DNA of 64,000 nt from Lama glama. Lineage: Eukaryota. Positions 13,142-24,770 of this stretch are shown here, one piece after another. The stretch's first letter is position 1; each line of letters begins with the position of its first letter. The translations under genes were made by a program, and so were the position numbers. The stretch lies in assembly GCA_028534125.1 (NCBI GenBank), contig CM052816.1:1116001-1180000 (forward strand). The letters are read 5' to 3'. Under the pieces are notes generated by a model. It ran no database searches. It worked only from the letters and a program-made list of their open reading frames with translations, and had not been told where the DNA came from.

Positions 13142-14250
13142 CACAGGAAAAATAGGAGAAATGTCTGGGAAGATGTCAAATCACAGAGGGCTTTCAGTTA
13201 GTAAGGCTACAGAAGGGCAAGGGGTTTGGGCATTTTCCTATAACCGTTACCCAGGGGAGCATTAGAAAGGCGTTGAGAAAGGCCAGCCCAGCTCTTGCAC
13301 ACTCTACTCCTCCTGCCGAGCACAGCTGGCCCTCTTCATCCTTTGTGGCTCAGCTTAAATGTTACCTACTCAAGCGATCTTCCCAGACCTCTCAACTAAA
13401 ACAAGTTCTCTCCCACAGTTCCCTCTTCTCTTCGTAACAATGACCATGATTCTGAATTGTTTATTTGAGTCCTAGTGGGACATCTGTCTTCACATAAGCA
13501 TCCTGGAAACGGAGACCTTGCACATTTGTTCATGACTGCGACCCCAAAGTCAGAGCACCTTGCGCGCTGTAGCGGTTTGATATTTAATCAATCTCTTACC
13601 TTGTTTGAAGGCTGAATACAAGGACTGAAGAGGGGTTGTGGGTAGTGGGTGGGACTAAGCGGGGAAGGCACGCAGGCCTCTGGATTACTTCCGGCCTGTT
13701 CTGCTGCACACTCATCTCCCTTCTCTGATTTGCCCAGCACTGAGAGTCCACAGCATGACGTATCAACCAGGGGTCAAGTGAAGAGGCAAAAAAACCTTCT
13801 AGCTATTTGAAGCAGACATGGATTTAATCAAGAGAATCAAGTGAATTCCAAATCAATGCAGAGCAAGCTCTGCCTGGGCCTCCAGGAGTGATTCCCAGAA
13901 CAGCACCACATACTGAGGGCCCCCTCCCCTGCCCAAGCTGGCAGCTAGAGATCAGGGAGCCACAGGCTCCGTCTCTGGCTATAGGAACCCCCCATCTTAG
14001 GTGTAATCTGGGCCCCGGGAGCTACTGCCAGAACTCCCAGAGCCATGCTGTACCTTCTGGGTCAGCCCCAGCAAAACGGACTCCTCCCAGGTTGGTGTCT
14101 CCTCTCCATCTAACTCAATCATTTTTCTTCTGAACTCAGTTTTGCATTCAGGTCTTGCACAAGCACAGGGGACTGGCTGGACCTAAATTACAATAGGAAC
14201 CCAGCAACAAGGAGTCTAGGAAATGGGTTTTTAGCTTTCCAGCCTCAGTA

Positions 14251-14297
14251 GTGTGTGTGTGTGTGTGTATACACACACACACATATATATATATATG
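14251..14297. repeat. Compound (GT)n-(AC)n-(AT)n microsatellite
   Basis: gtgtgtgtgtgtgtgtgtatacacacacacacatatatatatatatg. Confidence 0.95.
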
Positions 14298-16599
14298 AAG
14301 GCACACTCATGAGAGGCGTGGACAGATGTGGAACAAGCTAATCTACCAGCACATGGCTGCCCTTGACAGACTGTAAATTCTCTGTGGACATCAGTGTCAT
14401 AATTTGATGCTGGGCATGTGCTCCAGATGGGAATGGAACTGTGAACTGAACTGAACTGAATCAAACAAAGGGGAAAAGCCTCCTCATTTCTTATGACACC
14501 TTGCACCTTTCCTATGACACGTATTGTATTTGGCCTCTTGGAGCAATATGTGTTCTCATTCATTTTCCCTGTAGACCAGAAGTTCATCTCCTTGTCCCCA
14601 TACTCATGATAGGTCATACATGTTTGCAGACTGAATAAAAGACATCAACAAGCTAGTGAGAAGAAGTCCTGAGCCCCATTCTAGTTTGAAGTAGTTCCTG
14701 GAACAGCCATTTCACGAGGATTCTGGATTTTCTGCTCTGTGAAGCCATCACCACTTCATGGACCCACAGGACAAGGCCCCGAGGACTCTGCTCAGTTTCA
14801 GGGGACTTAGGTTCCAGGGCTCCTCCAAATGCTGGGACAACATCCACTTCCATTCACCCAGCCAGTAAACATTTATTAAATGCTTGCTGGGCGCCTAGTG
14901 TGGCACACTGTTCACTAATCATTTTCTTACCAACAAGAGGATGCCAGTGATATCGACCTCTATCGCTCTGGAACCCTGTGGGTGACACACGGAGATTCCT
15001 ACTCCACCCTAGGAGAGGGGCTGTCCTGAGCCCTTTAGATGCTAAGTGGCCTCCAGGCATTCTCAGCCCAGTTCCCTCCCCTCTTCCATTCCTGACACAT
15101 CTGGGGACAGACCAAGTCACCCAGGCGGGATGGGAGGTGGAGGTCTCTTTTCCAGCTGCCTGTGAACTGACACATGAAGCTCTCCTTCACATGCCGTCTT
15201 TCAGTTGTGTTTGCAGCTCTCACCATCCCTACACGCAGACAAATCCCCACCATCTCTCAGGCTCAACTGCATGTCACTTCCCCAGGCCTCCCCCTGGCCT
15301 CCCGTTTCATACTCAGTGTCTTCCTCTTCTGGACCAAGCACATGAAAACACCTGTATCACCCCCACCAGACTCTCAGGTCCATGAGGCCAGGCACCAAGC
15401 CTATTTGGTCTACCTCTTTATTCTCCGGCACCTAGCCGGGGTCTGACACATAATAGATGCTTATTAACTGTTTGTCAAATGAATGTTTGTTAAGCCCACT
15501 AACTCATCCTCGGATAACACTTATGTAATATTAATAACAATTCTCTACATAGTTCGATGGTTTACCAAACACCTCTATGAGTGAGTGTCCCAACTCTGGG
15601 GGGAAAGACAGTGCAGGTAATATAATTATTATTTGTCCTACTTTTCAGAAAATGAAACACCGCCTAGGAGGTAACTGACTTGTCTAAGGTGGAGAAACCA
15701 GCGTTAGGGTTTGAATGCTTGGCCGCGTTAAAATTCTGACTGCAAAGCTTGGGTCATTTTCCATCTGTTAACCAGATGCTTTGGTGGCTAAGTGAAATAC
15801 TGGTAGCTAGTGGAAGGAACAGGGAGAAGCAAAGGCCAGCCCTCTGATAATTTTCTTCCCTCTAGTGTCTATTTGCTACTAAACATGGTCACTCTGCCTG
15901 TCTGGGAGCTGGGACCCTCAGGCAGGATGCACATCTCTCAGTGACTTGAGTCTGGGCCAGACAGTGAGGCCTGCGAAGCCTCATCTTCTAGGGAGGAGGG
16001 AGAGAAGAGCTGGGACGCAGGGGCACCTGACCATTATTATGTTTGTGCACGCTCACATCTAGACAGAGTCCACACCAAGGCACACGTACATATAAACACA
16101 CACAGCATAAGCCGCTGCACAGACAAGTGCCACTCAGCACCACACAATCTTACGTGGTTACTGCCTACTGACACACGTTTAAACATGCACCCAACACACA
16201 GCTATCCAGCCACCATCGTGTGCACCCAGCAACTGAAGGACACCTCCGCTGCACACCAAGCTGCAGCCTTGCATATGAGCATGTTTATGTGCAGACACAA
16301 CCCTGATGTACGTTTGGACACATGCACTTAAGCACACACTAAACATGTGCACATGGTCCATAATCACTCTCAAGCACATGCACATTCAGTACACAGGGAC
16401 AGGTACTCTGTTAGAAGCCGTCATGCCCACAGCACCCCTACACCCAGAGTGGGATGAATGCTCAGGAACAAGCACACAGAGCCGCACCCTTGCACACGCC
16501 TCGGTGACAATTACTCTCGTGCACGTAAAACTTAAAATGCACTGACAAGTTCTACATAGAGAGCGATGCAGCCACACACCCAAGTTGTCACCAGAGCTG

Positions 16600-16940
16600 G
16601 AACCTTTTTCCAAACCCAAGAGAGCACGCCGCTCCGCCGGGCTGGCCCACGTGACCGGGCGGAAAGCGCTCCCTCCCGCCCATGACGGGATGGGAAAAGT
16701 ATGCTTGGGGCGGGCGCCGCGGGAGGCGGCGGGGACGCGGAGCGCGGCCCAGAGCTTCGTGGCTGCAGACGCCTTGGACGTGGCCGGCGGCGAGGGTGAG
16801 TGTCGGCGCTGCGGTGGAAAGTGCGGGCGGGGAGAGGGAGGACAGGCGGCGCCGGGGCGGGGGGGGGGGGGGAGAAGGAGGTGGGAGGAAGAGCTCTGCG
16901 GACATCCCCTCTTTGCAGGCCGGGCAGCCCCCGGATTCCT
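16600..16940 (+). promoter_or_regulatory. C1QTNF2: CpG-island promoter of C1QTNF2
   Basis: Dense CpG. E-box CACGTGAC at 16648-55, GC box GGGCGG at 16657-62. Overlaps exon 1 and its donor. Confidence 0.8.
16682..16795 (+). other. C1QTNF2: C1QTNF2 exon 1 (5' UTR, possibly an N-terminal extension); 5' boundary approximate
   Basis: CpG-rich segment ending in a consensus donor AGG|GTGAGT (GT at 16796-97). ATG 16682 reads MTGWEKYAWG...PWTWPAAR (38 codons) and joins exon 2 in phase 0 (VTT-MIPW). Resembles the recalled human exon 1. Confidence 0.8.
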
Positions 16941-18705
16941 GGCTCTCAATCCTCTGCCTTATGAATTGTAACATGGATTGACATTTACTGAGCGCTTGCT
17001 GTGTTCCAGGCTCTGTGCTCAGCGCTTCCCTTGCTGACAGTACTAGTTCTACCATTCGCTGAGCGCCTGGTTTGCGCCGGCCCTGCCAGCCCTCCACACG
17101 AGCTGTCCCATTTCCAGGACAACAGGTTATCCCCACCTGCAAAAGGGGAACCAGGCTCAGAGGCATTAATGACACGCAGGTTGCACAGCTAGTAACTGGT
17201 GGTAAAGGGGCTTGAATCCTGCTGAGTCTAACACCCAAGCTAACAGTCATACTTACTTATCAAGCGCATTATCTCATTTTACTCTTGACATTTCTTCAAT
17301 TAAATACATCATACAAACTAGCTGAGATTTGCACCTAGCTCTTCAAACTCTCTTCCCTCGCCCTTCTCCCCCAAACCACTTGTCTCCAAGCCCCGTCTTC
17401 TTTACTGTGTTCTTATTTCTCCATCCCCACTGCCGCTGCCCCATTCCAGACTCTGCTTCTCCACTGAACAGTTCCATTGACCCCCTGCAGCCTCCTAGCC
17501 CAGGTCTCTCCTCTAACACCCAAGTCCTTTGCACAACCTCAGCGCAATCCTCTCCTGCTCTCTGACTGCGAAACTCTACTGCATGGAACCCTTCAAGAGT
17601 CCCCTCCTTAGACTGGCCATCTCCCAGAGACTCCACACTGAACCAGCAGCATAGTAATAACAGTGTCCTATAAATGTGGGCCAATGCTCACTCTCCGCTC
17701 CTCCATTTCTGCTCTCCCACCTGCACAGCTCTCCTCTGCTTCATTCTGTCAGCTGGTAATCACATCCATGGTGCCCACTTTCAACTGCCCCTCTGCAGAC
17801 CCGCCACACTCTTCAGAACCTCACTACCACCCTTCATTCTGATACAACAAGTGCAGCACAAGGTTCATTTCTTCCCAGGTGTCTGATTTCTCCTCACCCT
17901 GAGCAGGGCCATGATCTTGCCTGTCTTCCCATCCTTAAGCCTTAGTTTTGTATCATTTAAAACAAAAAGGTAACCCTAACAATACTCATCATAAGAAATG
18001 CAAACAGGACACAAAGGTGGAAGGTGAAAAGTAAGAGCCCACATGCTCCTCTCCAGCTCTGGGAGGTAACTACCCCTTTAACAAGGTGTCTGTCCTTTCA
18101 GAAATTTCCCTCACATACATACATATCTGTATTTATGTGTGTACATCTTTCGTTAACTCAAAGAAAATCATACTTGACCTTCCATGCTGCAACTTGTTTT
18201 TTCACTTAGCAGTGTATCTTGGCCATCTTTCCGTATCTGCATATACTCTGCTCTTGTGTATAGTGTGTCATTCCACCAGTGAATTGAGATTTCCTTCACA
18301 AGCCTGCAGCACCTCCAAAGCTACTCTGCCTCCATCAAATATTCAGCAAATTCCCCAAGAAGTTACTTCTTTCTCTGCAGATTCCCTCCATTCTTCCCTA
18401 TCTTGCTAGTCCTTCCCTCTTCTTCACCTGCTTTCGTAAGTCCCAGTCTCTGGTGCTGAATGTTCATCATGGGTTAACAGAGTCCCCATGTATGCTCACA
18501 GCTTCCCCATTCCTTCTTCCAGGTCAGGGGCCTACCAACCTGGCTTGGCTTCCATGAGATGATGAACTCCGGCATAAATCAGATTTCTGTTAATCAAGTT
18601 CTCATCTAGGTTTACTTTTGAAGGGAATTCTATGCCAAATCTTTTTTCAAGGGGATAATCTTCCCTTGGATTTGTGCACTGCTGTAACTGGCTTATTTCT
18701 GTAAT

Positions 18706-18732
18706 ACACACACACACACACACACACACACA
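18706..18732. repeat. (CA)n microsatellite
   Basis: Uninterrupted CA run. Confidence 0.95.
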
Positions 18733-19154
18733 GCTGCCCTGTTAGTTAAGGCTTTATGTACACACGGGTCCTGTGCCCAAGCAGAGGGGCTGCAATTAGA
18801 GGTTGACAGAGGGACATGAGCCCTGGTCCCTGAGTCAACAGGCCTGGGTTCCATTCCAGCTTTGACCTGGGAAAAATGACTTCATTTTTCTGAGCTCTGT
18901 TCTCTCTTCTGCCAAGTGGGGATGATAATACCAGCCCTTAGAACTGTGGGGAGACTTAGGCGAGCAAATGAACATCGAAGCTTTGAAATAAGAACACATA
19001 ACACACATGCAGGAAACACACACACATGGAGAATACCCTTTCCTGTGGATCAGGGTTGAAAAATATACCAACAAGGGCTGTGCGTGATATATAAGTGAAA
19101 AGGATGCACGGCATCTGGGAGTGGTGAGGACTGGACATTGAAGAATGTAGGTCC

Positions 19155-19544
19155 TGTGGATCAGTCTGCGAGGGTGGCTGTAACAAAGTACCACAGATGA
19201 GGTGGCTTAAACAACAAAAAATTTATCTTCTCACAGTTCTGGAGGTTTGGAAGTCCATGATTAAGGTGACAGCAGGTTTGGTGTCTTCTGAGGCCTCTCT
19301 CCTTGGCTTGCAGATGGCCGCCTTCTAACTGTGACCTCACATGGTCATCCCTTGGTCTGGGTGTTGGGTCCAAATCTCTTCTTATAAAAATACTAGTCAT
19401 ATTGGATTAGGGCTCATCTATATAACTTTGTTTGACTTCAATTACCTCATTAAAGATCCTACCTCTAAATACAGTATTACTTTCAAGTTTGGGGATTAGG
19501 ACTTCAACATATGAATTTGGGGAAAACACAATTCAGCTCTTAAT
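19155..19544 (-). mobile_element. MaLR solo LTR (MLT1B-like)
   Basis: gctgtaacaaagtaccacagatgaggtggcttaaacaac...ctcacagttctggagg...ggacttcaacatatgaatttgggg. Confidence 0.88.
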
Positions 19545-19621
19545 ACTTTGTCCAAGAGATAGCCAACCCTGCCAGAATGTTGCCAGATCCTCCAGATTCT
19601 AAAGAAAATTTAGAAATTACC

Positions 19622-21415
19622 AAAAAAAAGTATAATTGACTTAGAATATTAATAGCAGTTTCAAATGTACAACATAGTGATTCAGTATTTTTACACACTA
19701 CAAAATAATCACCATGATAAGTATGGTTACCATCTGTCACCATACAAAGTTATTACCATATTATTGGCTATAGTTTCTATGCTGTACATTACATTCCTAT
19801 GGCTCATTTTATAACTGGAAGTTTGTGCCTCTTAATCTTCCTCACCTATTTCATCCTTCTTCTCCCCTAATTCCCCTCTGGCAACCAACTGTATCTATGA
19901 GTCTGTTTCTGTTTTGTTGTGGTTATTCATTTGTTTTGTTTTTTAGAGCCCACACATAAATGCTATCATATGGTATTTGTCTTTCTCTGTCTGACTTATT
20001 TCACTTAGCATAATATACCCTCTAGGTCCATTGATGTTGTCACAAATGGCAAGATTTCATTCTTTTTTATGGTTGAGTAATTTTCTATTATATATATCTT
20101 CTTTATCCATTCATCTATAGATGGACACTTAAGTTGCTTACATATCTTGGCTCCTGTAAATAATGCTGCAACGAACACAAGGGTACATATATGTTTTCAA
20201 GTTTAGTGTTTCTGTTCTCTTCAGATAAAAACCCAGAAGTACAATTGCTGTATCATATAGAAGTTCTATTTTTAATTTTTTGAGGAAATTCCTTGCTATT
20301 TTCCATAGCGGCTGCACCAATTTAAATTCCCACCAACAGTGCACAAGGGTTCCCTTTTCTCCATACCTTCACCAACACTTATTTGTTATCTTTTTGATAA
20401 TTGCCATTCTGACAGGTGTGAGATGGTACCTCATTATGGTTTTGATTTGCATTTCTCTGATGATTAGCGACGTTGAGCATCTTTTCACATGTCTGTAGGC
20501 CATCTACATTTATCCAGTTGCTTTATTAATGTTGAGTTGTATGCGTTTTTTGTATATTTTGGATATTAACTCTTCATCAGGTATACTGTTTGCAAACATC
20601 TTCTCCAATTCAGTAGGTGGTCTGTTTGCCTTGTTGACAGTTTCCTTCACTGTGCAGAAACTTTTCGGTTTGATGTAGTCCCATTTATTTATGTTTGTTC
20701 TTGCTGTCCTTGGCTGATGAGACACACTAATAAAACCTATTGCTAAGATTAGTGTCAAAGAGTGTAATGCTTATGTTTTCTTCTAGGAGTTTTATGATTC
20801 CAAGTCCTACATTTAAGTCTTTAATCGATTTTGAGTTCATTCTTGTATATGGTGTGAGAAAGTTGTCCAGTTTGATTCCTTTGTATACAGCCATCCAGTT
20901 TCCCAGCATCATCTATTGAAGAGGCTGTCTTTTCTCCCATTGTATATTCTTGGCTTCTTTGTCATAGATTAATTGACCATACAAGTGTGGGTTTATTTCT
21001 GGGCTCTCTATTCTGGTCCACTGATGTGTCTGATTTTCTGCCAGTACCATACTGTTTTGATTTCTGTAGCTTTGTAGTATACAAAGTTTAAATCAGGAAG
21101 TGTGATACCTCCAGCTTTATCCTCCTTCTTTAAGATTGTTTTGGCTATTTGGAGTCTTTTATGTTATGTTTCCATACAAATTTTAGAATTATTTGTTCCA
21201 GTTCTGTGAAAAATACAATTGGTATTTAGATAGGGATTGCACTGAATCTGTATATTGCCTTGGGTGCTATGGTCATTTGAACAATATTCATTCTTCCATC
21301 CGTGAGCATGGTATGGCTTTTCATCTGTTTGTGTTGTTTTCAATTTCTTTCATCAGTGTCATAGTTTTCCAAGTACAGGCCTTTTACCTCCTTAGTTAGA
21401 TGTATCCCTAGGTAT
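19622..21415 (-). mobile_element. Old L1 (L1MA-type) 3' portion: ORF2 fragments and 3' UTR
   Basis: ORF2-like fragments [32 protein letters not shown] and LDNFLTPYTRMNSKSIKDLNV. Confidence 0.93.
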
Positions 21416-23187
21416 TCTGTTTGCAAATCTTGATTTTAACATAAAAATCTCCCAATTTTTACATTGGCAACAATTTCAAATTAAAAAAAAAAACAATAAA
21501 AGCACAGTGCAATCTGTGGTTTCCATAAGGCCATTGATAAGCCAGCTCGTCACCTCTTCTCTAGATTTTAACTTCCTCAGTGGCAAGGCCATCTTCCACA
21601 GCTCTCAGCCTTGCATGTTGCAATCTTAACAAAAAGCTGATCATTAAATGACTAAATTCCAGTGTTACAGCCTTGTTTAAATAGAGCACACCCACAGAAA
21701 TCCTGCACCTTTGCATTCAAGTCACACTGCAGAATCACCTCAGCTGTTACAGCTGCCTTTAATGCTATTTATCCTGAAGCTCACAACTGTTCAACTCCTC
21801 ACAAGCTCACTGTTATCACCATTTTACAGATGAGGAAACAGCAGACCCAGGTCTGCTTGTTTAACCTTCTTCTATTCTATCACTGTTTTCATATCTTATG
21901 ATTATATCAGATTACCATTACTAATTACTGAGTGCTTACTGTGGGTTGGTTACCACATGATCTTATTTAATGTTCACAATTACTCCATAAAGCCGGTACG
22001 AGCAATCAGATTACTCAGGGAGGCATTCTTAAAGACTGCAAATAATTCAAGTTGGTGTAATTCAAAATTCACCTACTAAAGCATGCCAGGTATTTGTTTA
22101 CCCATTAAAATTTCTGTTTCCTATCAGAATAGCCTTGCAAGATTCTTGACAAATTTTTACACATAAAGTGAAACAATAAGTGTTTTTATAGCATGCTATT
22201 CCAAATTCAAATGATTCAAATAAGACCATACAGTATTGGTTTTCCCATTTCACAGACAAGAAAACTGAGAGGTTAAATAACTTAACAGAGGTCAAAGAGC
22301 TAGAAAATGACTCTTAATCATCTCACAACCACCAGCCCAACTCTGTGCTCTCGAAGGCCAGCCTTGTGTCAGATCTTTACAGTTACCCTGAATGGCCATC
22401 ATGACCTGACCGAAAGTGACTCAGCGGAAGCCAGCAAGCCCAGGGAAGTCAAGGAAAACAGCTTTTTATCCCCAGCCCTTCAGAGCTCAGACTTTGTTCC
22501 TCTCCCTCAATTCCTGGATCTGCAAGCATGGTCCCTTTTATACCATTCCAAGGGATTAGCTAACCCCCAGATTTCCTTCCTCTGCCTTCTGTATAGTCCT
22601 AAATGCTCCTTCAGAGAGTCTGTATCAAAAAGAAAAAAGGAGCAAGGTTTGCTTTCTTTGCTGGTCTCACAGGTATGTGAGGCTAGACCCTCAGTATGAC
22701 CAGACCACGTGCCCTACGACATGGTTTCATCTTCAGATCCCCTGTGTCTGGGTCGCTAGGCAATTAAGAATAAGCAACACCATCTATTCGGAATTCTCTT
22801 CAAGCCACAGCACCAAGCATCTGCATACGTGATATCCTATTTGACCTCCTTGATGAGATAAACATTCTCCCACTGATTCACCTAGCTTTGTACTGTGGTG
22901 CATGAACACACCAGGTGGATCAGGGGTATGGGCCCCAGCCAGACACCTCCATCCTTCCCTCAGGATGCAATGGCAGGGCAGAAGTGAAGGCCATGCCTCC
23001 CTAGGACTCTCCTTTGGTAGCAACAGACAGAAACTCAACTCAAAGTAGCTTACCTGAAAATGGAGAACCTACTGGGAGAATACAGGGGCCTCCATGAAAT
23101 GCCACTGGACTCACAGAGGAGATCAGGGTGATTCTTCACTGGTTCAACTGCTGTTGGTGACAATTACAGTTTTAAACAAGGTCTGAA

Positions 23188-23235
23188 TTTTTTAAAACAT
23201 TTTTTGTTGAGTTATTGTCATTTTACAATGTTGTG
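23188..23235 (-). mobile_element. Very short (~48 bp) L1 3' tail insertion
   Basis: tttttaaaacattttttgttgagttattgtcattttacaatgttgtg flanked by TSD aaacaaggtctgaa (23174-87) and aaacagggtctgaa (23236-49). Confidence 0.75.
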
Positions 23236-23544
23236 AAACAGGGTCTGAATTTTTTGTTATCATGTTTCGCTTTCAACATCTGTCATCTTGTTTGCTTTCT
23301 AGGACAAACAATAATAAAATAATAATGTTAATGCTTTTATACCTGACCATATACCAGGCCTTACTCTAGGAAGATTAAATCCCTGTAACCACCACCCTCT
23401 TAGAAGAGGTAGGTACTATTATTAACATCCCCATTTTGGAGAAGAGGAGGAGGAAGATGAAGGAGAGAGGATGAATAATTTATAGAAGGTCCCACAGCTA
23501 TTTTGTGGGATTTCAACTCAGGGGGCTCTGCTTCAAGCTAACAC

Positions 23545-23808
23545 AGTAGTCACTGTGTGCCTGTTAAGCACTTGAAATGTGGCATTAAGACGTGCTACAA
23601 GTGCAAAATACACGCTGTGCTTCAAAAACAGTGCTAATTAAAAAACGTAAACTACCTCAACAATTTTTTCACTGATTACATGTGGAAAGGATGATGACTG
23701 AGGTAACAGTGAGACATATTATAAAAATTCATTTCACCTCTTTCACGTGGCAGGGAGCCCACTTAAAATGATACACGTGGCTCAAATCCTATCCCTACTG
23801 GGCAGCGT
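23545..23808. mobile_element. MER33-like hAT-Charlie element
   Basis: gcacttgaaatgtggc...aagtgcaaaatacac...tgattacatgtggaaaggatg...tacacgtggctcaaatcctatccctactgggcagcg. Confidence 0.75.
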
Positions 23809-23809
23809 T

Positions 23810-24770
23810 CTGCTTGGCCGCGTGGAAGCCGGCCCTCAGGAGAGAGCAGGCTAGGGTTCCGAACACCGTCCGGCCTCCTTCCCCGTCCTCACACCCCACA
23901 CATCAGCGGCATGCTTCTCTCACTGCGGTCCCGGGTCTCCGCGGCAGAGAAAAGCCGTGGGCAGGTCCGGGGATTGATGGCTCTGGCTTCAGCCGCTCCA
24001 GAGCCTGACTCTGGCGCTCACTGCGGGCGCAGCTGAGGTCCCACCTGAAGCAGCCCAGCGCCCAGAGGGGTGGGCTCCACGCCCCCCACACCACACACCA
24101 CGCGAGTCCATCTGTAAGGGTTCGGGCGCATTTATGCGAAGACGTAACGTGGTGGTACGCAGGGCTGCCAGGCTGACTTCCGGTGTGCTCTCCCAGTTTC
24201 CGCTGAGACAAACCTCGCGAGATCTTGGCTTCTGCGTCCTCCTTGGGTCGCGCTTTGGCCTTGGCCCTCTCTTTCCAGAGCCAGAAGCAGGGTCCGGGGC
24301 CGCAGGGCGTAGAAAACGGCAGATCACATCTTTTCTGGGGTCTTTGGGCAAGTGGGCCCCATGACTTTTAATCCTCGGTGTTTAGACTCGGTGCTGGAGT
24401 GTTTCCAAATGGGCATCGGTCTGCAGATCCCAGGAATGGGGACCGGTTCCTTGAGTGCGGTGTGAGGAACGGCAGCCAGCCCTCCCTCCTCTCGTGGGCC
24501 TCGGCTCAGCTTTTCAGACCAGCTGTTTCCAATCTGCTTCCTGGAATTTGGGTTGGGAAGGGGGAGGGAATGGGGTGCTTTTCAGCACGGAATTTCCACT
24601 CCCATCAAAGCGAATTTTCAGCCAGCTTCATCTGCATGAGCTTCATCTGCGAGCAAGCCCCACCCCATTCCTACCACCAGCCCTTTCCTTTTAACTGCAA
24701 GCGCGGGAGAATTGCCCGGCTGGGTCAGGTTCAGGGGTCCCCCCAACTCAGAAGTAGGCTCCCCGCCTGA
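23810..24770. promoter_or_regulatory. Second CpG island / promoter-like element within C1QTNF2 intron 1
   Basis: High CpG density in unique sequence. ETS/GABP ACTTCCGG at 24176-83, BANP/ZBTB33-type CTCGCGAGA at 24214-22, CRE-like GACGTAA at 24141. Confidence 0.7.

Noticed and set aside
16386..17250. Minus-strand ORFs of 187 and 220 aa across the promoter
   Set aside because: Low-complexity Pro/Arg/Ala products of a stop-poor CpG island, partly running through repeat sequence.
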